In this document: positions 33,958-43,241 of the stretch, piece by piece
Position numbering within the stretch: position 1 is the first letter of the stretch
How the letters are laid out: every line of letters begins with the position of its first letter
From: Mycobacteriales bacterium
Lineage (GTDB): Bacteria > Actinomycetota > Actinomycetes > Mycobacteriales > CADCTP01
DNA: 61,066 bases
Direction of reading: 5' to 3'
Assembly: GCA_039648995.1 (NCBI GenBank)
Contig: JBBWZH010000215.1
Location: 1 to 61,066, forward strand
Made by a program: the position numbers and the translations under genes
Notes under the pieces: generated by a model
What the model was told of the DNA's origin: nothing
The model's database searches: none
The model's input: the letters and a program-made list of their open reading frames with translations, nothing else

Positions 33958-34931
33958 CGCACATCGCTCCCGGCGAGGGCGGCGCCGAACGGCGCGACGG
34001 TCACGCTGGACAGCGCCGTGTCGACCGGGGTCGGCGGCGCCGCCAGCGCGCCGCGGACCGCCTCGGCCACCGCCGCCGAGGCCGCGTCGAGCACGGGTTG
34101 CGGGTCGGTGCCCAGCGACCGCAGGCGCTGCCCCGCACGGAGGAGGGGGTCCTTCGCCTTCCACCGCTCGACCTGGTCCGCCGGCCGGTACGCGGCGGGG
34201 ACGAAGTTCCGCAGCTGGGAGTGAAAGTCGCGCAGGTAGGTCCGGGCCACCAGCGCGGCCGGTCCGCCGCCGGCACGGCACACGTCCAGGACGCCGGACA
34301 TGGCCGAGGCGACCTGCTCGACGTCGTTGCCGTCCGCCTCGGTCACCTCGACGCCGAGGCCGCGAAGCAGCTCCGCGGGTTTCATCGGCATCACCGCGGG
34401 GCTCGGGTTGCGGTCCTGCCAGCCGTTGTCCTCGCAGACCAGCGCCAGCGGCAGGCCCTTCTGCCGGGCGATCATGAGGGTCTCGTACGCGACGCCCGCG
34501 CCCAGCGCGCCGTCACCGCAGAAGACCACCACCGCCCGACCGCTGCCCGCGGCCCGCTCCCCGAACGCCACGCCGGCCGCGATCGGAAGCTGCGACCCCA
34601 CGATCGAACTGGCGAGCAGGAACCGGCGGTCGCGGTCGCAGATCTGCATCGACCCGCTCTTGCCGCCGCAGATGCCGCCCGCGCGGTCCAGCATCTCGCG
34701 CAGGAGCGGGCCGATCGGGCTTCCGCTGGCGATCGCGTGGCCGTGGCACCGGTAGTACCCGACGACCCACTCGTCGGGTCGGCGCCCGGCGACGGCCCCG
34801 ACCGCGACCGCCTCGTGACCGGTGTACGGGTGGACGACCCCGGGCACCTCACCGCGTGCGGCCACCTCGAGCAGGGCCTCCTCGAAGGCCCGGATCAGGC
34901 ACATCTGCGCGTACAGCTCGGACAGGTCCAT
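33954..34931 (-). CDS. ThDP-dependent 2-oxoacid/acetoin dehydrogenase E1 alpha-like subunit
   Basis: IRAFEE, HPYTGHEA, YRCHGH, GGKSGSM, ThDP motif GDGA...CEDN, DGNDV, WKAKDPL. Confidence 0.92.
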   Translation of the reverse strand: MDLSELYAQMCLIRAFEEALLEVAARGEVPGVVHPYTGHEAVAVGAVAGRRPDEWVVGYYRCHGHAIASGSPIGPLLREMLDRAGGICGGKSGSMQICDRDRRFLLASSIVGSQLPIAAGVAFGERAAGSGRAVVVFCGDGALGAGVAYETLMIARQKGLPLALVCEDNGWQDRNPSPAVMPMKPAELLRGLGVEVTEADGNDVEQVASAMSGVLDVCRAGGGPAALVARTYLRDFHSQLRNFVPAAYRPADQVERWKAKDPLLRAGQRLRSLGTDPQPVLDAASAAVAEAVRGALAAPPTPVDTALSSVTVAPFGAALAGSDVR

Positions 34932-34940
34932 GTGTCCCCT

Positions 34941-37900
34941 CTACTCTCGACCGAGGCGTCGCCGGACTTCGGCTGGTCTCATCGCGGCGACGTCGGCCAG
35001 CACCAGTTCCTCGACGCGCCGGCTGATGGCACGCAAGGACCGCCCGTCGAAGATGGCCCGCAGCGGCAACGACAGCGCGAAGGTCTCGTTGACCCTGGTC
35101 CGCAGCCTCGTGGCGGACAGCGAGTTGCCGCCGAGCGCGAAGAAGTCGTCCTCGACCGACGGGTCTGAGACGTCCAGCACCTCGCACCACAGCCGGGCTA
35201 CCGCCTGCTCGGTCGGCGTCGCGGGCGGCGACGCGGCCACCTGCTCCGGGGCGAGCGACGCGAGTCGCCGCCGGTCGACCTTGCCGGACGGGGTGATCGG
35301 CAGCGTGTCGATCGACCGGACGACCTGCGGCAGCATGTAGGTCGGCAGCGTGCGGCCGGCGAAGTCGCGTATCTCGGTCTCGTCGGGTGTCCGGGCGCCC
35401 CGCCGCGGCACGCAGAAGGCGGTCAGTGTGGGGCCGGCGGCCGACCCGGTGAGCACGACCGCGACCTCGGCGATGGCGGGGTGCGCGGCGAGCACGCTCT
35501 CCACCTCCCCGGCCTCGATGCGATGCCCGCGGAGCGCCAGCTGCTGATCGAGCCGCCCCACGTACCGCAGCGACCCGTCGTCCTGCCAGACCACGAGATC
35601 ACCGGTCCGGTACATCCGGGCGCCGGGGCCCGCGCGGAACGGGTCGGGGACGAACCGGTCCGCGGTGAGCGCGGGCCGACGCCAGTAGCCCCACGCGACA
35701 GCGGCGCCACCGAGGTGGAGTTCCCCCACGGTGCCCTCCGGCACGAGGTCGCCGCGCGGGTCGAGTACGTACGCGCGCACGCCGGCGATCGGCCGCCCAA
35801 TGGAGTGGCCGGTCCACGGCGGCCACAGCTGCCCGCTCGCCGTCGCCACCACGGTGTTCTCGGTGGGGCCGTAGTGGTCGACGACCGGCAGGCCAGGGCT
35901 GTGCTCGGTGCCGGGCCGGAACACGTCGCCACCGGTCAGCACGGTGCGCAACGCGGTCCGCCGGCCGAGTGGGTGCCTGATCACCTGCTCGGCGAGCGGG
36001 GTCGGCAGGAACGCGATCGTGACGCCGGAACCGGCGAGCCAGTCGACCAGCCGGTCCGGATCCCGGACCGCCTCCTGCGGGCACGGTCGCACGGTGCACC
36101 CCGCGATCAGGGCCGGCCACAGCTCCCACCCCATCGCGTCGAACGACGGGCTCGCGACCTGGGCCACGGTGTCACGCGGGGTCAGCTGGTACCGGCCGAG
36201 GTGCCAGTCGACGAGCGAGTTCATCTGCCGGTGGGCGATCGCGACGCCCTTGGGGCGGCCGGTCGAGCCCGACGTGTACGTGACGTAGAGGAGGTCGTCC
36301 GGGTGTCCGTCCGGGGCCGGCGCGTGCCGGCTCGCGGACGCCCCGGGCGCCGCGCCGGGGGAGACGCGGACGGCGTCCGTGCGGTCCTGATCGGTGATCA
36401 GGACGGTGGCACCGGCGTCGCCGAGCTGGAACGTGACCCGGTCGCGCGGCAGCTCGACATCCATCGGCAGGTAGGCGGCGCCCGCGACCAGCACGGCGGT
36501 GAGCGCGACCACGAGGTCCGTGCCGCGGGCCAACAACACCCCGACCACGTGGCCGCGCCGGACGCCGCGGGCCCGTAGGACGCCGGCCAGGCCGGACGCG
36601 CGGTCCCACAGCTCCTGGTAGGTGCAGGTGCCGTCGTCGGTGCGGACGGCGACCCGGCCGGGCGCGGTCCGGGCGACCCGCGCGATGCGGCTCGCGAGGT
36701 TCTCCGCCGGCAGGCCGCTCGCTGCGCCGTCGCCGAGCGCCAGCAGCCGCGCCCGGTCGGCCCGGCCGATCAGCTCGATGTTCGCCAACGGCTCGTCCGG
36801 CGCGCGGGAGGCCCGGTCCAGCAGCTCGACCAGGTGCTGCGCGAGTCGCCCGGCGGTCGCGGTCCGCACCCGGTCGACCGCGTAGGTCAGCACCCCTTGG
36901 AGCCGGTCTCCGTCGGTCCACCACTCGAGTTCGGTGTCGAATCGCGACCGGGTGTTCGGCACCCGCAGCGGTTCACAGCTGGCTCCGGCCAGCTGCAGGA
37001 CGGGCTCGGTGAGCGTCCCGTCGTCGAGGCTGAACCAGTGCTGGAAGAACGGGTTGGCGGCGCCGCGGCGGGGCAGCGCCAACCGGACGGCCACGTCCTC
37101 GAACGGCACGTCCTGGTGGTCGAGCAGGTCCCACAGCCGGTCGCGTTGCCGCCGGACCAGGGAGCGCAAGCTGTGCCGCCGCAGACCGGTGGCGACGACC
37201 GGCACGGTCCTGGTGAAGTAGCCGACGGTGTCCTCGTCGTCGAGGTCGAGCCGGCCGGCCAGGGCGGTTCCCAGCACGCAGCTGTCGGTTCCGGCCGCCG
37301 CCGCGAGGAGGAACTGGTAGGCGGCCAGCACCACGGTGAACAGCGAGGTGTGCTCCTCGGCCGCGAGCGTGCGCAGGCGAGCGGTCAGGTCGCCGTCGAT
37401 GGCGCAGCTGACCTCCGTCGCCGCGGTCGACTCTGAGCCGGGGACCGGCGGGAGCCGCTCCACCAGCAGCTCCTCGACGCCGGCCAGCTCGTGCGCCCAG
37501 AAGTCCACGTCGGCCGGTGCCGGGTCGCGGCGGGCCGCGGTCACCTGGTCGACGAACGACCCGGCCGGCGGCTCCCCAGCCGCCGGCACTGCCCCGGGGC
37601 GCCCGCCCGCCGCGGCGCGTTCGTACACCCGGCTCAGGTCACGTTCCACGGTGAGCCGCGATGGGCCGTCGACGACGATGTGGTGGACGGCCAGCACCAG
37701 GACGGCGTCCGCGGGGCCGAGCCGGGCGAGCACGAGCCGCAGCAGGTTGCCGTCGGCCAGCTCGAAGGGCCGGGTGGCGCGGTCGACGGCGTCCCGGAGC
37801 GCGGCGTCCGGCTGCCCGGCAGCGGCGTCGATGACCTCGAGCCGCGGCGACGCCGTGTCGGCCATCATGACCGGACCCGTCGCGCTGTCCACGATCGAGA

Positions 37901-38087
37901 CCCGCAGGGCGTCGTGCCGCGCGACCACCGCGTCCAGCGCCCGCGCGAGCGCGGCCACGTCGAGCGGCCCGCGGACCCGGTAGCCGCGGACGATCAGGTA
38001 CGCCTGGTCCTCCGCGAGCTGCTCGACCAGCCACAGTCGGTGCTGCTCCGGCGACAGCGGTACGGCGCGAGCCGCCCGGAGGCTCAC
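34941..38087 (-). CDS. NRPS module C-A(Leu predicted)-T
   Basis: 3' part of ORF 34941..39464; GTG 38087 overlaps the upstream stop (GTGA). C HHIVVDG; [22 protein letters not shown]; specificity code read by eye DAWFLGHVVK (Leu-type); T GGNSL. Confidence 0.93.
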   Translation of the reverse strand: MSLRAARAVPLSPEQHRLWLVEQLAEDQAYLIVRGYRVRGPLDVAALARALDAVVARHDALRVSIVDSATGPVMMADTASPRLEVIDAAAGQPDAALRDAVDRATRPFELADGNLLRLVLARLGPADAVLVLAVHHIVVDGPSRLTVERDLSRVYERAAAGGRPGAVPAAGEPPAGSFVDQVTAARRDPAPADVDFWAHELAGVEELLVERLPPVPGSESTAATEVSCAIDGDLTARLRTLAAEEHTSLFTVVLAAYQFLLAAAAGTDSCVLGTALAGRLDLDDEDTVGYFTRTVPVVATGLRRHSLRSLVRRQRDRLWDLLDHQDVPFEDVAVRLALPRRGAANPFFQHWFSLDDGTLTEPVLQLAGASCEPLRVPNTRSRFDTELEWWTDGDRLQGVLTYAVDRVRTATAGRLAQHLVELLDRASRAPDEPLANIELIGRADRARLLALGDGAASGLPAENLASRIARVARTAPGRVAVRTDDGTCTYQELWDRASGLAGVLRARGVRRGHVVGVLLARGTDLVVALTAVLVAGAAYLPMDVELPRDRVTFQLGDAGATVLITDQDRTDAVRVSPGAAPGASASRHAPAPDGHPDDLLYVTYTSGSTGRPKGVAIAHRQMNSLVDWHLGRYQLTPRDTVAQVASPSFDAMGWELWPALIAGCTVRPCPQEAVRDPDRLVDWLAGSGVTIAFLPTPLAEQVIRHPLGRRTALRTVLTGGDVFRPGTEHSPGLPVVDHYGPTENTVVATASGQLWPPWTGHSIGRPIAGVRAYVLDPRGDLVPEGTVGELHLGGAAVAWGYWRRPALTADRFVPDPFRAGPGARMYRTGDLVVWQDDGSLRYVGRLDQQLALRGHRIEAGEVESVLAAHPAIAEVAVVLTGSAAGPTLTAFCVPRRGARTPDETEIRDFAGRTLPTYMLPQVVRSIDTLPITPSGKVDRRRLASLAPEQVAASPPATPTEQAVARLWCEVLDVSDPSVEDDFFALGGNSLSATRLRTRVNETFALSLPLRAIFDGRSLRAISRRVEELVLADVAAMRPAEVRRRLGRE

Positions 38088-39919
38088 CTCCCGTCCTCCG
38101 CGACCAGCTTCTCGACCGTGCCGGCCAGGCCCTCGACGGTCGGGTGCTCGAACACCGCGACGAGCGGCAGGTCGACGTCGAAGACCTCGCGGATCTCGTA
38201 GACGACCCGGGCGACGAGCAGGGAGTGCCCGCCGAGCGCGAAGAAGTTGTCCCGCACGCCGACCACATCCCGGCCCAGGACGGTGCTCCAGATCTCGGCG
38301 ATCGCCGCCTCGGTGTCGGTCCGGGACCGCACCGTCTCCGGCGCCGCCGGGTTGGGCCGGGGGAGCTCGGCCCGATCGACCTTGCCCGTGGCGAGCAGCG
38401 GGAATGCGTTGATCACGACGAAGACCTCGGGCACCATGTGCGCCGGCAGGACGGACGAGGCGTGCGCGCGCACGGTGTCCACGTCGACCGGCGCCGCGGA
38501 TGCGCGCGTGACGTAGGCGGTCAGCGCCGGCCGGTCGTCCGGCCCGATCCCGGCCAGCAGCACGGCCGCGCGGTCGACCTGCGGGTGTGCCGCCAGCGCC
38601 CGCTCGACCTCGGCCGGCTCGACGCGGTAGCCGCGGACCTTCACCTGGAAGTCGCTGCGGCCCATGAACTCCAGCCGGCCACCCGTACGCCACCGGCCCA
38701 GGTCGCCAGTGCGGTACATGCGGGCGCCCGGCGTGGCGGAGAACGGGTCCGGCACGAAGGACTGCGCCGTGACGCCGCCCTGACCGAGGTAGCCGCGGGC
38801 CAGCGGGTCGCCGCCGATGTAGATCTCGCCGACGACGTTGCGGGGCGCCGGTGTCAGCGCGGGTTCGAGGACGTAGACCCGGGCGCCCACGATCGGGGCC
38901 CCGAGCAGGGGTTGGTCGGGCCAGGCCGCGGCGGGCTGTTCGAGCCGGGGAGCGACCACGACGTTGACCTCGGAGGAGCCGTAGTGATCGTCGAGCACCG
39001 TGCCGTCGCCCAGCGCGGTCACCATGTCGCGGAGCTCCGGGGTGATCGTGAGGCGCTCGCCCGTCGTGATCAGCTCGCGGAGCGAGGCGATGCCCGAGAA
39101 GTCCGGCGCGCAGTGCTCGGCAAGCTGGTGTAGCACCGCGACCGGCAGCAGCGCCCGGGTGATGCTGTGGTTGGCGACGAGGCCGGCGACGGCCGCGATG
39201 TCGTGGCGCTCGGCGTCGGTCGCCACGACGAGGCAGCCGCCGGTGCCCCAGGTCATGAAGATCTCCAGGGACGCGACGTCGGACGTGGCCGGAAAGTAGT
39301 GCAGCGCGGTCGCCCGCTCCGCGTACCGCATGCGCGACCACTCGACGAGCCGGACCTGAGGGTGGTGCGTCATCGCGATCGCCTTGGGCCGCCCGGTGGA
39401 CCCCGAGGTGCGGATGACGTACTGGAGGGAGTCGCCGCGGACCGTCGCCTTCGGCCTGATCCACTGGCCGGGGCCGGGGTCGTCGCCGCCGGCGGTCACC
39501 CCCCGCAGCCCCGGGCCGAGCCCGGCGGCACGACCCGCCAGGCCGGGGTCGGTCACGACCACGCCAACACCGGCCGAGCCGAACGACGCGGCGAGGTAGT
39601 CGTCCGGGTCCGCGGGGTTGACCGGCAGGTAGGCCGCTCCGGCCCGCAGGACGCCGAGGAGTGCCACCGGCAGCTCGGCGGACCGCTCCATCAGCACGCC
39701 GACGACCCGCTCCGGACCAACCCCGCGATCACGCAGTTCGCAGGCGAGACGGCAGGCGCGGCGGTCCACCTCGGCGTACGTCAGCGTGACCGCACCACAG
39801 CGGACGGCGGCGGCGACGGGCGTGCGCTCCAGCCATTCGTCGAACTGGTCGAGGACCGAGACGGACTCGTCCACCGGTGCGGCCCCGGTCGCGGCGGGCG
39901 GTACGAGCTGGTGCGCCAT
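38084..39919 (-). CDS. NRPS A-T didomain (Pro-like code; piperazate candidate)
   Basis: ATG 39919 with [10 protein letters not shown] inside ORF 38084..40471; [25 protein letters not shown]; code by eye DVLLITHVVK (compare Pro DVQLIAHVVK); T GGHSL. Confidence 0.92.
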   Translation of the reverse strand: MAHQLVPPAATGAAPVDESVSVLDQFDEWLERTPVAAAVRCGAVTLTYAEVDRRACRLACELRDRGVGPERVVGVLMERSAELPVALLGVLRAGAAYLPVNPADPDDYLAASFGSAGVGVVVTDPGLAGRAAGLGPGLRGVTAGGDDPGPGQWIRPKATVRGDSLQYVIRTSGSTGRPKAIAMTHHPQVRLVEWSRMRYAERATALHYFPATSDVASLEIFMTWGTGGCLVVATDAERHDIAAVAGLVANHSITRALLPVAVLHQLAEHCAPDFSGIASLRELITTGERLTITPELRDMVTALGDGTVLDDHYGSSEVNVVVAPRLEQPAAAWPDQPLLGAPIVGARVYVLEPALTPAPRNVVGEIYIGGDPLARGYLGQGGVTAQSFVPDPFSATPGARMYRTGDLGRWRTGGRLEFMGRSDFQVKVRGYRVEPAEVERALAAHPQVDRAAVLLAGIGPDDRPALTAYVTRASAAPVDVDTVRAHASSVLPAHMVPEVFVVINAFPLLATGKVDRAELPRPNPAAPETVRSRTDTEAAIAEIWSTVLGRDVVGVRDNFFALGGHSLLVARVVYEIREVFDVDLPLVAVFEHPTVEGLAGTVEKLVAEDGR

Positions 39920-39948
39920 GAACCCTCCCGAGTGGATGGCTGAGCTGG

Positions 39949-41625
39949 TCACAGGGTCCGGGCAGCGGTCGCGGACCGGGCGAGTTCGGCCCGGTCGACC
40001 TTGCCGTTGATGGTCAGCGGCAGGCGCGGCACGGCGATCCACCGCTGCGGGACCATGTACGCGGGCAGCCGCGTCCTGGCGAAGGCGAACAGGTCCCGCT
40101 TGGCCGGAGCGGCGCCGCCGGCGAGCACGAGATAGGCCACCAGCCGGGTGGGACCGCGCTCGTCGGGCTCGGCCGCGACACACACCGACTCCACGTGCGG
40201 GTGCGCGCGCACCGCGGCCTCGACCTCGCCGAGCTCGATGCGGTGGCCGCGTATCTTCACCTGGTCGTCGGCCCGCCCGAGGAACACGAGCCGGCAGTCG
40301 GCGTCGACCCGGGCGAGGTCGCCCGACCGGTACAGCACGGTCGCGTCCGGATCCCCGACGTGGACGAAGCGGCTCCGGGTGAGCGCCGGCCGGTTCAGGT
40401 AGCCCAGGGCCACGCCCGCGCCGCCCACCCACATCTCCCCGGTGGTCCCGTCCGGCACCGGGGCGCCGCACTCGTCGACCAGGTAGACGCGCAGATCCCG
40501 GAGCGGCCGGCCGATGGTACGGGCGCCGGAGCGGAGATCCCCTGCACCGACCTCATGCGCGGTGACGTGCACGGTGGTCTCGGTGATGCCGTACATGTTG
40601 ATCAGGCGCGGCCGGCCCAGCGGGTGGCGCTCGACCCACGGGACCAGGGTACGGTAGTCCAGCGCTTCGCCGCCGAAGACCACATGCGTCAGGGCCAACT
40701 CCGGTGGGCTGTCCCGGCGTGCCTCCTCGGCCAGGAGCAGGCTGAACGCGGACGGGGTCTGCGACAGGACGGTCACCCGCTCGGCGGCGAGCAGGTCCAG
40801 GAAGCGCGCCGGGTCGCGGCTCACCTCGTAGGGCACGACGACGAGGCGGGCGCCGTGCACCAGCGCACCCCAGATCTCCCAGACCGAGAAGTCGAAGGCG
40901 AACGAGTGGTAGAAGGTCCACACGTCCTCGCCGGTGAACCCGAACAGCTGCTCGGTGGCGGAGAACAGCCGCGCCACGTTGCCCTGCGTCACGCGGACGC
41001 CCTTGGGCGCGCCGGTCGAGCCGGAGGTGTAGAGCACGTACGCGACGTCCCCGGCGGTGACCCTGCCGCCGGTGGCGTCGGTGCCCGGTCCGCCCGGCGC
41101 CGGCAGGAGGTGGTGGTCCGGGTGGGCCACGGGCCCGGTCAGGTGCACGATGTCGAGGTCGCCGTCGGCCGGTCGCCAGCCGCCTCCGCAGTCGACCGCG
41201 ACGCGGAGCGCGCTGTCCCGGGCGATACCGCTCAGCCGGGTCTCCGGGTTGACCGGGTCCAGCGGAACGTACCCGGCAGCCAGCTTGTGTACCGCCACGA
41301 TCCCGACGACCAGACCGGGCGACGGGCGTCCGGTGAGCCCGACGAGGCTGCCACCCCCCACCCCGTGGCGGGTCAGTTCGGCCGCGAGCGCCGAGGCGCG
41401 CGCGTCCAGCTCGCCGTAGCTCATGCTGGTCCCGCCCGCCGAGACCGCGATCCGCCGGGGCCACGTCGCGGCGACCTTCTCGAAAGTGCGCACGCACGGC
41501 GTGAGCGACGGATCGGCAGCGGGCGGCGGGTCCCGCCGCACCGCGCGCAGCAGGGCGTCGCCGGGCCGGGGGAGCGGCGTCCCCGCGGCATCCCCGGCGA
41601 GCGGCCGGCGACCGGGGTCACTCAC
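39949..41625 (-). CDS. Stand-alone NRPS adenylation domain (Thr predicted)
   Basis: Likely GTG 41625 overlapping the upstream stop; YTSGSTGAPKG, HSFAFDFSVWE, NMYGITETTVH, NGKVDR; code DFWSVGMVHK (canonical Thr); no T domain follows. Confidence 0.93.
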   Translation of the reverse strand: MSDPGRRPLAGDAAGTPLPRPGDALLRAVRRDPPPAADPSLTPCVRTFEKVAATWPRRIAVSAGGTSMSYGELDARASALAAELTRHGVGGGSLVGLTGRPSPGLVVGIVAVHKLAAGYVPLDPVNPETRLSGIARDSALRVAVDCGGGWRPADGDLDIVHLTGPVAHPDHHLLPAPGGPGTDATGGRVTAGDVAYVLYTSGSTGAPKGVRVTQGNVARLFSATEQLFGFTGEDVWTFYHSFAFDFSVWEIWGALVHGARLVVVPYEVSRDPARFLDLLAAERVTVLSQTPSAFSLLLAEEARRDSPPELALTHVVFGGEALDYRTLVPWVERHPLGRPRLINMYGITETTVHVTAHEVGAGDLRSGARTIGRPLRDLRVYLVDECGAPVPDGTTGEMWVGGAGVALGYLNRPALTRSRFVHVGDPDATVLYRSGDLARVDADCRLVFLGRADDQVKIRGHRIELGEVEAAVRAHPHVESVCVAAEPDERGPTRLVAYLVLAGGAAPAKRDLFAFARTRLPAYMVPQRWIAVPRLPLTINGKVDRAELARSATAARTL

Positions 41626-43192
41626 CGCTGGAGCCGGCGGGAACGGCGGCCGTGGACGCATCGAGCAGCGCCGCCCGAAGCTCGTCCAGGAGCGCCTGGG
41701 CCGCGGTCGGGGACACCTGGTCGGGGTCGTAGCTGACCATCGCCCCGGTGCCGAGCATGGGGTCCTCGGTGAAGACGTCGACCATGACCGGGAACGTCGC
41801 CACGTCCTCGGTCCACCACCCGGCCACGGCGACGCTCGCCAGCCGCTCCAGCTCGCCGACGACGTGGAGGTGGGTGAAGTTGAAGGTCACGTCGAACAGC
41901 GGGCCGCCCGCGTCGCTGGTCATCGTCGCGAGCGGGTACCGGCGGTACGGGTACATCTCGCGCTCCGCGTCGAGCGCCGCCCGCGCGATCTCCGGCCAGC
42001 CGCCGCCGGTGCGCAGCGCCAGCGGCACCGTGTTGAGGAACAGGCCGACGAGCAGGTCCGCGCCGTCGATCTCCGGCCGGCCGTTCGTCACGAGCCCGGT
42101 GACCACCTCCGCCGCGCCGCGCCAGCTGCCGACCGCGCGGGCGTGCGCGGCGAGGCAGAGGCTCTTCACCGGCACCTGGAGGGCGGCCGCGGTGCGCGTG
42201 AGCCCCGCCCAGGCAGGCTCGTGCAGCGGCGCGACGAGCTGGCGCGACGCCCGCGCGACCTCGGCCCCCGGCACGGGGCGGGGCGCCCCTTCGGTGTGCC
42301 GCCGCCAGTACCGCTGCGCCGCGGGCGAGTTGATCGCCTTCCGCTCCAGCCGCACGAACTCGGCTCCGCCGCCGCTCGGGATGTCGGGCAGCTCGGCGGT
42401 CGTGCCGCCCATCGCGGCGTCGTAGTGCAGGAGGAGGTCGACCATGAGGCGGGTGAAGCTCCAGCCGTCGAGCACGCTGTGGTGCGTCGCGAGGGTGAGC
42501 CAGAAGTGGTCCGGCGCGGTGCCGACGTGGCAGCGCAGCGGCGGTGCGGCGGCGGTGTCGATCCCCTCGTCCACGACCTGCTGCCGCCATCGCGCGATGA
42601 CCGCGCGAGCGTCGTCGCGCTCGCCGAGCGCCGACCACTCCGGCGCCACCGTGGCGTGCGGCAGCACGATCTGCGCCGCGACCGGGTAGCTCGCGAGGTC
42701 GAAGTAGCTGCGCAAGCTCTCGTGCCGGGCCACCACGCGGGCGAGCGCGGTGCGCAGCGCGCCGGGCTCGACCGCGCCGCTGACCCGTACGCCGCAGAAG
42801 TCGACGTAGATGCCGGTGCTCGGGCCCGCCATCTCGGTCAGGAAGAGCATGCCGACCTGCAGGCCGCTCGCCGGTCTGATGGCGCTCGCGCCGGCCGGCG
42901 GCGCGAGCGCCGGGCCGCTGGCCGGCGAACCGGCCCCGGCGGCTTCCGGCCCGACCGGGACGCGCGCGCACCGCGCCAGCTGGCCGAGCGTCTGCGCGGT
43001 CAGGACGTCCGCAACCTCAATGGCCAAACCGCGCCTGGCCAGGCCCTCGATGACCTGGAGCGACCGCATCGAGTCGCCGCCGGCGGTGAAGAAGTTGTCG
43101 TCGAGTTCGACGGTGTCGTCACCCAGCACGTCCCGCACGACCGCGCGGACCGCGTCCTGGCGATAGCGGAGCCGCGGGTCGTCGCCGGCCAC
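41618..43192 (-). CDS. NRPS T-C didomain (GGDS-type T, DCL-like C)
   Basis: ORF 41618..43261; start GTG 43192 (GAGGAGGG RBS) or ATG 43249. T DNFFTAGGDSM; C LQVGMLF, HESLRSYFDL, HHSVLDGWS, TNGRPEIDGADLLVGLFLNTVP. Confidence 0.9.
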   Translation of the reverse strand: MAGDDPRLRYRQDAVRAVVRDVLGDDTVELDDNFFTAGGDSMRSLQVIEGLARRGLAIEVADVLTAQTLGQLARCARVPVGPEAAGAGSPASGPALAPPAGASAIRPASGLQVGMLFLTEMAGPSTGIYVDFCGVRVSGAVEPGALRTALARVVARHESLRSYFDLASYPVAAQIVLPHATVAPEWSALGERDDARAVIARWRQQVVDEGIDTAAAPPLRCHVGTAPDHFWLTLATHHSVLDGWSFTRLMVDLLLHYDAAMGGTTAELPDIPSGGGAEFVRLERKAINSPAAQRYWRRHTEGAPRPVPGAEVARASRQLVAPLHEPAWAGLTRTAAALQVPVKSLCLAAHARAVGSWRGAAEVVTGLVTNGRPEIDGADLLVGLFLNTVPLALRTGGGWPEIARAALDAEREMYPYRRYPLATMTSDAGGPLFDVTFNFTHLHVVGELERLASVAVAGWWTEDVATFPVMVDVFTEDPMLGTGAMVSYDPDQVSPTAAQALLDELRAALLDASTAAVPAGSSGE

Positions 43193-43241
43193 TGTCTCAC
43201 CCTCCTCGGGTCGGTGGGCGGCTGCCGCAGGAGGCAATCCG

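Noticed and set aside
38088-40471. Upstream extensions of ORFs 34941..39464 and 38084..40471, suggesting larger fused or frameshifted NRPS genes
   Set aside because: The extensions are off-frame translations of neighbouring genes. Each gene has its own RBS or coupled start and a complete domain end, so the splits look genuine.
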